A stretch of 62,260 bases of DNA, counting the filler, from Choristocarpus tenellus KU-1152 (lineage: Eukaryota > Protista > Phaeophyceae): assembly GCA_964200185.2 (NCBI GenBank). It is 9 parts of 9 records of this genome, joined end to end, with 100 filler letters (N's around TTAATTAATTAA, not from the genome) between each part and the next. Parts side by side here need not be neighbours in the genome. Positions count along the whole stretch, not along the records: positions 17,331 to 38,956 come from CAXNAD020000332.1; positions 39,057 to 45,003 come from CAXNAD020009341.1; positions 45,104 to 47,653 come from CAXNAD020026852.1; 6 more parts are not named here. One strand, 5' to 3'. The notes under the pieces are model-generated. The model was not told the DNA's origin. It saw only the letters and a program-made list of their open reading frames with translations, and made no database searches. This document shows positions 36,201 to 47,653 of the stretch, in pieces. How positions within the stretch are numbered: the first letter of the stretch is position 1; every line of letters starts with the position of its first letter. A program made the translations under genes and the position numbers.

Positions 36201-37353
36201 AGACTGCATTATGCACCAAGAATTTTGCACATAATAGAGCTGATTGTTGTGCAGGACTAGCAGACAGAGAAGCAGAGACTGATGAGCTCAGAACTGGTTG
36301 ACCTGTGCAGGTCTCAATGACTTTGTCTAGGGAGAGATTCTGTAACCAGGTCAGACCTGTGCATGATTATCAGCCTCAAAGCACTGCACAGTGCCTTCTC
36401 TTTATATGGGAAACCTAGACTGAGAGACAGAGAGTTCTTCAATGCTATACCTGATGATAAGAAAAGACTCACGACCGGGTATGTGTCTGTTCCTCTATAT
36501 TGATGACATACTTTTGTTTGAGCTACGAAAAAAGCACAGCAGTGTTACTTGTGTGTGGTACCTGTAGAGTCAGGCAGGCTTCTTCGTGTGGCGACCATGA
36601 TCCTTTGGAATTGGGTTGGCTGTGTATCATTTGTGTAAATTGTACTGTGTAGTATACAGTAGCATACCTCAGGTCAGGTGAAACGCACTTCGAATCAAAC
36701 AACAAAACCAAAATATGACATCAGAGTTAATCACCCACCCCTACCATCCATGCATCTATTTTTTGACTATGAATATCGTGATAGTGTGTTCCTGCTGAGA
36801 AAATATGATGTGCTCACTGTGTCCTGACAAATTCATGTGTCGTCTTTGGTACTTTGTGCTTTGTACCTTGTATTGTGTATGTTGCATTAACAATCAGGGG
36901 CTGGCAGAAGCGCTTGTTGCAGGACAATCAACAGAAAACTGTAACAGACAAGCAAAGAGCAATGCTCAGCAGATCACACAGGGGTGCCTACAAGGCATGG
37001 ATAAGGGGAAGGAGAGTGCAGAAGAGGAGGAAGGTAATGGTGGGAATGAGGGAGGGCTGAGTGACCTAGAGGATTTGCTGAATTCATCTCCTTTGAATTG
37101 TCCTGAGCCAAAAGGCAGCTGTGGTGTTCCTGAGCAAGAGATAGGTCCGGATTCTAGACGTTACCATCTCAGCCAAGAGCCCTCCGCCGTTGAGAAACAG
37201 GGGACTGAGATTGGCAAAATCGACTTGGATGAGAGGAGTGTCACTAATAATACTGGAAGCTCCAGCAATGATGACAGTGAGAGTGAAGATGATGATGACC
37301 TACTGGACCGGTGTGCTGACCTGCTTGGTGTGATTGGTGGGGGCATGCTTTGA
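30258..37353 (+). CDS. SNAPC1: snRNA-activating protein complex subunit 1 (SNAP43)-like protein, about 1755 aa. Exons 30258-30380, 30846-35534, 36898-37353
   Basis: Phase-0 splices (TCTAAG|gttgga, ttgcag|GGATGC, CTCCAG|gtgaga, aatcag|GGGCTG). The N-terminus LQHDLGTAIEEFVSK-GCMRFPSFRVIWARRRLSLIH...FLQLAF and IGALFALYTLHGTQ...PIRVD...DACATFARLISER match the SNAPc_SNAP43 pattern. The start codon could instead be 30316. Confidence 0.8.
33072..33179 (+). repeat. Coding (GGTAAG)n hexamer array encoding a (GK)n tract
   Basis: Read directly within the long ORF (GKGKGK...GEGEGKGKGKGMGRGKGK). Confidence 0.95.
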
Positions 37354-38717
37354 ATTGCTACGAGTGCTATATTTTCTTGTGTCCAGTTCTTTCGAGACCG
37401 AATCCTTCGTAGTGCATTGGCTGGGGGGTTGATTTTGTTAATGGGTCTTTCCCTTCTTCAGGTGTAGAATGTGCAGTGTTTGTTTTTTCTTGGCAAGTTG
37501 TCATTGCAACGGTTGTGTTTCTCTTTCTAGGAACCCTACCTGTGTGTGTAAATATGAGTATTTTATGAACATGTTTATGTTTATGCTAAGTTCGTATTGA
37601 AATATTTTTTGTGTTGACCTTTAATATACCCGGGAGTGACTACTATGGTCTAGAAAATAATTGCCAATCGGCAGGACTGGGTGCAGCCAAGTGAGCAGGA
37701 AGCAATCTTCATCCTTGGTTCGAATTGGAGGAAGGTTGAGAGCTGAAAACTATATTCTCCTTCTATCCAATCCATTTTTGCATAGATTAATAGGGTTAAA
37801 TGAGAGTGCTATAGACACAGCTGCTCATATGGACGAACATGTAGTTGGGATGATAGCTACAATAAATGAATAATCCTATTTTTTTCAAGATATATCACGG
37901 AGATCAGTGTATTATCTCTTGCTTGCATTGGTTGCTGTGTGTCTTACCCCTTCAGAATATCTTTGGTAAAGAAGATGTCCTTGTGTCTACTGTTGAAAAT
38001 ATATGGAGGATACTACTGTAACTACTGTGGTTTAGTATCCAGAAAGTGATGTGTGTGTGTGCAAATACCACATGCTTTTTTTGTTTTTGAAGGCACTTTT
38101 GCTGCCTCATACTGTACAAAGATTCAATGCAAAGTAAGATGCACATGTGTCTATATACTCAAAGCGCAGACAGGAGAGCTAACTTTGGAGGTATCATATC
38201 ACACGGTCAAAATTCATTTTGACTAAGTAAGAGATTCTGCTGTCAGCACGTTTCAGTCTTATTGACTGTGAATTGAGAACTCCTTTCCAAAAGTAATAAG
38301 CTCTTAGCATGTATTTATATATGCTGTAGACCTCCTCTATCTGGTGCCACACTCTACTTCACTCTGTTCTATTGTGTGTCTGCATACTTCAAATTTGCTC
38401 CGCAGAATGCAGGGGCGTACCAGTAAAGTTTTGCCCTGATGAACGACCAGAAACAACACCATTTCCTTCCTTTCTCACTGTACCCCTCATGTCCTTAATT
38501 TTATTTTCAGGATGGATTTTTACCTTGTTTTCTGTTGAGCTATTTTTGTGTATTAGAGAATATTTGTCTGCTGTTCCTTGAGGACTTCTATTTCAAGTTC
38601 AATGCCAAAGACGGTTGAGTTCTGATACGAATACTCTATACTCGAGTGCATACATGGATTGTTGAGCACTTCAGTCTGTCGTAGATGTTACTTGATTGTG
38701 CCCTTTTATTTTTGGCC

Positions 38718-38894
38718 TGGTGAAATGTCTGCGGTTGTGGAGGCTGTCCATTTGGGGGCCTATTTTTAATGTTGTGATTTTTGGGTGATTTGATTGCATG
38801 TGTCAGATGGATAATGTAAGTACACTTCTCCTGGTCAGGGTCCAAATGGATACTCTGGTGTAGACCTCCCCTGCCGCCCCAGATACTTTGAGGC
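38718..38894 (-). mobile_element. MITE family A, degenerate copy
   Basis: Reverse-complement homology to 13548-13724; right terminus CCCAGATACTTTGAGGC. Confidence 0.75.
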
Positions 38895-39798
38895 AATTAT
38901 TATCTCTCACACATTATATAACAGAGGATTTTCAAAATTGGGGATGGAGCGGGACTNNNNNNNNNNNNNNNNNNNNNNNNNNNNNNNNNNNNNNNNNNNN
39001 TTAATTAATTAANNNNNNNNNNNNNNNNNNNNNNNNNNNNNNNNNNNNNNNNNNNNTCCGATCTTCGGAAAAAACCAAAATCAAAAAAAAAAAATACCCC
39101 ACAATTTGTTAAAAAATCCCCCCCCCCCCCGCCCTCCCCCCCCCAAAAAGGAATCAACCTCGAACAGTCGAACGAAACCCAAAGCATGCGCAGAAAAGAG
39201 GGCAGGGCAAGGCGCAAGAATCACCAAGATTCGTTTGTGGAGTTAGAAGCGAATCGTTGCACTGCACAATGCCAACACACACTTCTTTTTTTTTTATCCA
39301 TAATTCACTCGCCTCGTCCCACAACACTACACAAATGGCCAATTTTGTGTCTCACTTCCAGTATTGGCGCAGACAAGCCCAGGAGGAAACAATAATCACC
39401 CCAGCTCAAAAGGCCTCTTGAATAGTTTCTCTCATTCCGCTTTTGTTGCTTTCTGCAGGAGGCCCCTAGTGGTACAGGCTACCCAGCACTTGAAAAGGTG
39501 CCCATCAAGTCAAAGCCTATCTATGTATGCGTAGAAGGTGATGTAGTAGATTTTGCGGACAAAGGCTGGCATAGAGTATGTACTAACCATATCTGCACAC
39601 CCACCTGACCTGCTCTGCTTGCTGACTCCATCTACACTCCAATCAGTATGGTTGTGTAGACAAGAATGGGGGAGGCACTGACGGGCAACTCCATCAAAAG
39701 TACACATACACACCAAGAAACCCCCTCTAAGGGAACCATCATCCAAAAGATAAATTAAAAAGTAACATGATTGCACACCCGTACTGCTGTTCAGTCCC

Positions 39799-41690
39799 CT
39801 ACTGCTTTCGACACCACGAACCAAGGCTACTCACAGTTCCTACAGGTCCTGAAGTGATCCCCTTGGGCCCCTCCATGTCCGGCATACCCAAGCTTTCAGG
39901 ACCCAAGGCTACCATTGCCATCTGAGCCGCCTCCTGTTTGGCCCTACGCTGCTTTTGAAACAGCCCGACATGTGTTGGTACGTTTTCAACTGCCTTGTTA
40001 AGCTCACTTGTGAGTTTTGTGTCCTTGTAAGCATCCAGTGCTTTCAGGACCTCAGCATTGAATCGGATGGCCATGTTCTTGGCCGATTCAATGCTGAGGG
40101 ATCCTGGGCTGCCAGGAGCCTTCAACTCCACTTTGACAGCCTGTGAATTCACCACACAACATTAGTTGTAAAAGGTCTGGTTTGGTTAGTTGAACTTGTC
40201 TTGATTGGTTTTTGTTCATCTTCAACACCCCTCACATGTATCATTTCAATTAACTACAACCCAAGAATGTCTAGTTGTTGGGCAATAGTCCCACATATGC
40301 CCACGGGGAGGCGGTGGGGGGAGGGAAAGGGAAGAAAGAGGCCAAGGAACACATTGACAGGTATAAAAATCAACAGAGGGTTAATGAATGAAAAATTGGA
40401 TGATGTTGAGCATGCGCATCACTGGGAAAAAGAGCTGAGAAAAGCGATAGCCGAGGTCTATGTGGCTGATGAGTAATATCCAAATTAGCATTCTGTCATG
40501 AGAAGACTCAACAAAGGATAGGGGGGAGGGGGGAGGAAGGAAAGCTTTACCGCGCGAATGAAGGCATATTTGGTTGGCCAACTTCCAACATTTCTTCCCT
40601 TCCTATTTGCATGACAGGGCTGTTCCATAGAGAGCCCTATCCTACCATTGCTTATGTTGAAAGTTCACCAGATACAGCAGAGAAAGACCCTGAGCTGAAT
40701 TGTCGTAACCGTAGGTGGGGCTTCTCCGCATACAACTCACGCTAAACAGTAAACTCTACAGTACTTCCTCAACGTAATTACTGCAATCTTTGTCTCCCAG
40801 CATCGACCTGAAACATGCTGGAGGAGATTTGTTGTGGGAGGCCCTAGCTTCGAAAATTCTCGACAAAAAAAGTTTTGTGATGTTTGCATACTTGGATCTT
40901 GAAAGATAGGCACAGAGTACGTACAATTGTTGGAGAGGGTTTCCAACAAGTTGGTTCACCTCTCTCACAATCTTCATCTTCTCCTCGATTTGTGGAGCCG
41001 TGCCCAGGGCAGGGTTCAATTGCGCAAGCTTCTCAGGTACCTTACGATGCACGACGAGAGCTGAAAAGTAGGTATCCACGTACGACAACAGCTCTAACAA
41101 ACCCCCTGAAGCGCAAGAGGGCATTGAGCTGGTCAGTGATGAGCCCACAAAACACACAAACGAAGGGGAGCGCGGCAGCGTCATCCCACTGGTATCTTAG
41201 AGGAATTGGTGGTTACATTACGTTAGCAAGGACCTGGTTGACCCCAAGCAATTCTTTCAATGAAGCACCAATAACAACCAGATACATACTGTGTCGAGAG
41301 TTTAGGTCACACGAACAGGCGTCTGATAGGGTCGACAATAAATTAAGCGCACCTCCAAGGATAGTACGTTTCCGTTCGGTGGACGAAGCCACGGGTTTCA
41401 CCACAGGCATCGTAGGCGCCTTAAGTACAAGATTGGCCTGTGCGGATGGGGGTGAAAGTTGAGGCCATGGTTGTGAGCGAGAAGGACCAGGTTCCGAGTC
41501 ACTCCTCAACAGAAGATCGTGCAGCTGAGACACCGATTGATCCACCCCATCTACGAGAGGGGGCGATAGCTCATCTGTGCCCTTTACCCCCTCCATCACT
41601 CAAACCTGTCAGTACGACTAATACTTTTACTAATATTGCTCTTGCACCAGTTTCCACTAATGATACTCTTTCCGATTCCCTCATTATCCC
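39799..41690 (-). pseudogene. Decayed coding region of unknown identity (possibly a spliced transposase-like pseudogene)
   Basis: Consecutive protein-like minus-strand ORFs (41213-41599, 40756-41184, 39799-40155) broken by single stops and frameshifts; possible intron ~40145-40550. Confidence 0.4.
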
Positions 41691-42289
41691 ACCAATAAAA
41701 AAAATCATCTACAAGTATAATAATAGGTATATGGAGATAGTAGTCCATGTAATTATTATGATGAGGGGTGTAATGTCAGACTTCACAGATAATTACATAC
41801 AGTGAACTTTCCTCCTTCCGCTTCTACTACTCCTTCTGACCATGTAGCACGGTCGGCATGGATGGGTTGGGGGGAAAGGCGATGGCAAAATGCTGTCGGC
41901 CTACATTGTATAGTATGTGTTAGACAAGACGTAGGAAGAGATCACTCCCTCAATTTTCCACAGTTGTGCGGATTTGGGATTCGGGACCAGTCAGTGTTCA
42001 AGTTCGGGAGTGTTTTAACACTTCACCAACAATCCTGAAATTTCCCTATTCCACTCATGTAAGTATTAAGTTTGATGGTAAATAATTTTGACTTGCAGCT
42101 GACCAAATCCATTGCTGAAATGGGCTAGTCGGGGGCCTCTCCACTCTCTACTCCTTACCACCGACCAATATCCCAGGGCTTTACCCTAGAACCCAGACTG
42201 ACTAGCCAGACTGGGTCCAAGGGTCAGCCTCCATCCTGGTCTGGTTACAATCTCGATATCAAGACATTTTTTAACGGTATGGTCTGCAG

Positions 42290-42834
42290 CCTTGTCCAAC
42301 TACGCGGTTTGGTCCCCCTACAACAATCCTCTTAAACGCCTGCACCAACTATGCAAGGGGATGGGCATCGCTTGCACTACGGAGGACAGTAGCCCTTTCA
42401 CAGTGGACAGGAATCTCCGCATGGACCTAGTGTTCCATGCAGGGGTACTAGCGGACGCCAGAACAGCTCCCTACAGGGACAAAGATCTTCTGCTAGACGT
42501 CACCGTCGCAGAGGTACAGGCAACCTCCCACCTAACCCACTCATCCACCAGCAATGGTGTAGCTGCTGCTATAGCCCAGGCGTGAAATCGCACCCACTAT
42601 GGGGGATCCTTTGATCCTTGTATTTATAACCTCAACATCTTTGCGGTGGAAAGTTTTGGGCACCTTGGCAAGCAAGCGGAATGCTTCCTGAATGAGCTGG
42701 CTATTCACATGGTAGGGGGGAGAGGAGCTGGAGGATATTGCAGGAAAGGAGTAGTTAAATCCCGACTACGCCAAATTATTTCGGTGACTACGCAAGTGGC
42801 ATTGTCTCGACGTGTCATGCGCTATAGATATTGA
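42290..42834 (+). mobile_element. CRE-like LINE 3' fragment encoding a restriction-like endonuclease (PD-(D/E)xK type)
   Basis: LRMDLVF...LLLDVTVAEVQA...GVAAAIAQA*NRTHYGG...FAVESFGHLGKQA follows the R(P/M)D...D.t...Y...F.vE.fG pattern of RLE retrotransposons; one internal stop. Confidence 0.85.
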
Positions 42835-43393
42835 TTCAAGTTTGTTTCTTTGTTATTTTATCTTCACATCAGAAGCATCAATTGCATCTCACAAGTTGAT
42901 TATTATTTTTCTGTGGTTGACTTTGCCCCCACTTAGACGTGGAGTTCATTTTGCACTAAGTGTAACTGACACACAACTGGATGCAAGATATTCAGAGTAA
43001 AAAATCAACAAAACCCTTCTTGACAAGGTGATAAGCCTCTACACAGAGCATGAATCTCTTCCATTGAATGCACCAAGGAATATCCAACATCACTCCAACA
43101 AATAACATATGACTGTGCAAAACATGTCACTAGGTTCATCAGCATGAATTCACCAGTGCTTCGTTGCACTACGACACCCCTTCACCACAACCAACCTGCC
43201 ACCGTACAAAAGAGCACGATTCATTCAATCCCAGATTCAACAGTTTTGATATTTTTGTATTGGTTGACATTTGAAGCAAAAAATGTCGGAGAATCACCCT
43301 CCTGTCCACTTACCAGAACATATGGTATGTCCTTTCTGTGCAAGGAATAACCCCCTACGACTTGTCATACAGTTACAAGACCTGGGTTAAGCG

Positions 43394-44116
43394 TGTTGCA
43401 AAACGTGTATTAGAATTATTTTATAGTAAATATTTAATAGTATACATTTCATGATCGCAAATATATATTTACTCTTCTACAAAATACATCACATTATATA
43501 CACGTACATTAATAATATATCTCTGATCCAATCAATCATGACTCAGTATCCACCTAGCCCAAACAGAGGTAGTATATGTAAAAAATGAAAAAAATATAAG
43601 TGGGAAATGGGTAAGCCAAAAAAGATTATGCAGGTTCTTCGTCTTCTTCCATAGGATCACAAACTCGAATACTAACACAAAGGCAGAGAACAATGCAAAC
43701 GCAAAATCTGTAGTTATCGAATAAAATTAAAAGGATATGAACCTCCTTTATCACCAACACAGTGAGTAGGTCTGGAGTGAGAGGGTGAGGAGGGTTGAAG
43801 TTCAAGGGTCCGCATATTGTTTTTGAATCAGATGGTAGTTGTGAGTCAATTCTCATGAAAAATGAACCCACCTTTGTGTGGTATTGAAAGTTATACTTCA
43901 AAATGATTGGTTGGGTTCATAGATCTACAATAGTATCTTATCTGATGATATGCTAACAAAAAAACGCCTGACCAAGACCAAGGTAACAACATCGAGGTGA
44001 GTCCAGTACAAGTATTGAGGCAGGATGCGGAGCGACGAGCGGTGGGAGAGCTGAACTCAGTACACGAGAAGCAAGGCACGAGTGAAGGTAGCACAATTAG
44101 TTGGGGCAGTGCAACA
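43394..44116. mobile_element. Candidate solo LTR or TIR element (723 bp)
   Basis: Perfect 7-bp terminal inverted repeat TGTTGCA...TGCAACA; no exact TSD. Confidence 0.4.
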
Positions 44117-44143
44117 GTTAGTCGTTCGTATTAGGAGTATTAA

Positions 44144-44321
44144 GGCTCAAAGTATCTGGGAGGGGGTGGCGGCTGTCCATTGAGTTCAATTTTTTCATGT
44201 CTCGATTTTTGGGTGATTTGGTTCCTTACGTTCGATGGATAAGGAAAGTACACTTTTCCTGGTTTTGGTCCAAATGGACACTCTGGTGTAGACCCCCACC
44301 CCCCCCCAGATACTTTGGGTC
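44144..44321 (-). mobile_element. MITE family A, full copy (178 bp)
   Basis: GGCTCAAAGTATCTGGG...CCCAGATACTTTGGGTC, flanked by TTAA on both sides. Confidence 0.85.
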
Positions 44322-44934
44322 TTAATAGTACAGTGTGTGTAGTGTCTGTGACCGTGGGTTGGGGTAGACCCCAGTGGTTTGAATGTTTTTTATCATTTAG
44401 GACCATTCAGAACGATTCTGACGTTGAGTGCACTCACTAATAACTACACTCCAAACCGCGATGATGTGTACATTCGCTAAAATGATATCTTCCCACAGGA
44501 CATATCAGAGCGAGGGGGTGGTCACCAGCAGGTTTCTTGCAAAGAGTAGGCCCTCTTGGGCATGTCAGTGTCAGCAACCCATCAAGCACAACCAGTGTGG
44601 GTCAGGATGGAGAGGCCTTCCATAAGGTAGATGACACAATCTGATAGGCAAACACGACTTGTTGTGACGTATGGACACCAGTGTCTACAATACTACTTCA
44701 TCTCTCCACGACTTGGGCAACTTATTTTTAGGGAGCGTACACATTGCCAACGTTGGAAGTAACGCCTCTAAAACATGCTTTTGATATTTGTTTTGCTAGG
44801 TGGAAAACCTGTCACATTCGCAAGAAAGATATTGTTTTGGAATTGAAAATCACCTTTCAAGGCAGATTGTTACATCTACTCACCTAAAACCAAAAGGTTT
44901 TGTGAATAGTGTTAACATCAATAATACAATAATA

Positions 44935-45003
44935 GGCTAGCAAGCGGAATGTTTCCTGGATGAGCTGGCTACTCACATGGTAGGAGGGAGAGGAGCGGGA
45001 GGA
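44935..45003 (+). mobile_element. Short 3' fragment of the CRE-like LINE
   Basis: Near-identical to ~42670-42737 (CAAGCGGAATG.TTCCTG.ATGAGCTGGCTA.TCACATGGTAGG). Confidence 0.8.
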
Positions 45004-45103
45004 NNNNNNNNNNNNNNNNNNNNNNNNNNNNNNNNNNNNNNNNNNNNTTAATTAATTAANNNNNNNNNNNNNNNNNNNNNNNNNNNNNNNNNNNNNNNNN
45101 NNN

Positions 45104-47653
45104 CCCCCCCTCTACAGAAAATCTAGGCCACCTACCACCACATACACGTCTGCCTTGAGGGGTCCATACTCCAAGTGTGAGTGAACGTATCTTAGAGGGT
45201 ACGAGTTTTGCCCTGTCTGTTCATTTAGGGCTTGACTTTCCTTGGGGTTTTTATGACATTTTCCTACTCCAAAATATTTCGGAGTAGGTATAATGTTTAC
45301 ATTGTGAAAAGGTGTGTCAGAAGCAAGGATAGTGACACTTTCTAATAAACACGATAGCCAAAATTACACCCAAATCGCAACATTGGATTTTGGTCCCCCA
45401 AATGGACGCGAATCTACCCTCTAAGATACTTTGGCTCTGTAGCATCTGCCCTTGACCAAGTTCAAATGGAGACCCTGGAGCAGGTAAACATCACCACGGT
45501 GAAGAAGGTCCGAGGCAGGCTTCGCACTGCCCACGAAATCGCCCTCATGCACTCTCCTGATACATGAGGTAACTGCCCCAAGGCTGGAAGGGGGGGCACT
45601 AACAATAGGGATCATCAGAGTATCCAAACTCTTCCACATGATCTCTGGTCTCTTACTGGCAAATGATGGAACGTTCTCGAGGGAGGAAAGGTTTGCCCGG
45701 GTGGCTTCAGAGAACATCCAAGAGCTAGCTGCATGGCTACTAGAACGACCCCTGAGGAGCAGCAGACGTAGGGAGGCTCCTGGAGAGGACCCCAAGTCCC
45801 GCCAGGAACACGCTGCAGCTCTGGGTCACCATCATGGAGGAATTTCCAAGGGAGCGAGCGTGCTCCTAGCACAACCAAGAGCCCCTAGGACGGAGGGGAC
45901 TTTCAATATATCAGTCCCTAAACACCCGAGTGAGAACCAAGACGAGCTTAGGCAGACCATCATGGACGCAAAAGACAGGGTATAAGGGAATGCAAGATCT
46001 GGGAAACAAAGGTACTGCCCCCCTGAAGGGGAGCACACACCCGCTTCTCTTCAAAACGTCTTCATGAGGGCTAACAGCAACTCGGCACCAGGCTCTGCGA
46101 GGATGCGCCGAAGTCACATCAGATCAGCCATCACGACAGATGTTGATCACGAAGAAGTGGGAGAGGCGTTTGCAAAGCTATGGAGCTAGCCTACACCTCC
46201 CCGGACTCTCTACCCCTAGAGTTTTGGACACTCCACACCAACTCCAGACTGTCCGCATTTGGGGAGAAGTGTTGCCCGGTCACCTGCGGGTCTTTTTTCT
46301 GGAGGGCATATGCTTCAGCTTTCTGCACAGACTGACGCCCCTACCTAGAGGAATTTTTCGAGGGAGTGGGACAATTTGGCATCGGGATCCCAAATGGCAT
46401 AGAACGTGCACTCCTGGATATCCACCTAAGGAATGAGTGCGGAGAATGGGTCATCAGTTTGGACGGAAGGAATGCTTTCAACAGCGTATGTCGCTCAGCT
46501 TTCATCCAGGCCCTCCCAGAGAACCTACCAGGACTCCTACCTTATGTTTCTAAGGTATATGGGAACATCAGAAATCTTCTTTTCCCCCTAGATGAAGGAG
46601 GGACGAAGATTCCACCATCGAGATCAGGGGCCCAACAGGAAGACCCACTGGGTCCCCTCTTATATTGCATGGCAACATACAAGGCCTTGCAACAGGTCCA
46701 ATCAGTCTTTGGGCCCCAAGGGATTTCCTCCCGAAGCTATCTGGATGACACATCCATATCTGCAAGGGGGATCAACCCTACCACCATAGCTACTTTCGAG
46801 CAGTTAAACTAACCTCCATGAGGTAAGCATTGGCCTAAACATGGACAAGACCTTTGCCACACCTCCCCAGGGCCACTAACCCATGCCCTCGGACCTGGAG
46901 CTTCTCTCTACAGTGGAAATCAACCTAGCCCCGAACCCCAATAGTTTTGTCACTCTAGGGGCTCCGGTGGGAACAGATGGTTTTATTCGAGCTCACACAG
47001 CGGAGGTGATCGAGAGCTCTGGGACAGGATCTTTGGCCACACACCTCAGCGAGATGGAGGACAAGCAGGTGGCCTGGCTCCTCAACTCCTGGTCCCTCTC
47101 CTCCCAGCTAGGCTACGTAGTGAGGTTCACTCCCCCCCTCCTGGCACGCTCCACCATGGAGCAAGCAGATAACACCTCCTTATGGACACTAGAGAGGATA
47201 ATGGAGGTAACTGACTCGACAGAGGCGACGGATTTCTTCGAGGGAGGGTGTAACAATGGGTCTCTTCGCCTAGAGATCCCCACCAACAAGTACAGGAACA
47301 GATGCCTGCAAGTGCGGGGGGTCTGGGCCTCTCCTCTATGAAACATCGCCAACATGCTGCTTTCGTAGGATCACTGGTAGCGACTCTCCCCACCCTCCTC
47401 GCAAGGCGGCGAGGGCCTCATGGTGAGTCCTTCTCGCAAGCTATCTGCACGAGCCCCATCATTCAGACCTTAGGAACATCCGTTCACTCCCTCCTAGCCA
47501 CAGGTGTCTCTCCCCAGAAGACCTTGCCGGAGTCATTGGCCAAGACTGGGTAACCTAGGGGGGAACAACATCCCCTGCACCTACCCCAGAGGTACATATC
47601 CTAGCTGCCCATGACGCCAGGATCAAAAGGAGTGCTCAACACGATATCACACG
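45104..47653 (+). mobile_element. Largest CRE-clade non-LTR retrotransposon copy (RT domain, frameshifted), containing a MITE insertion
   Basis: RT motifs in order: GQFGIGIPNGIE, VISLDGRNAFNSVCR, SGAQQEDPLGPLLY, SYLDD, GLNMDKT, FVTLGAPVG, GGLGL. Confidence 0.9.
45179..45437 (-). mobile_element. MITE family C (259 bp)
   Basis: TIRs GAGTGAACGTATCTTAGAGGGTA...TACCCTCTAAGATACTTTGGCTC with a TGT/TGT 3-bp TSD; homologous to 58619-58830 and to the end at 52065-52095. Confidence 0.8.
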
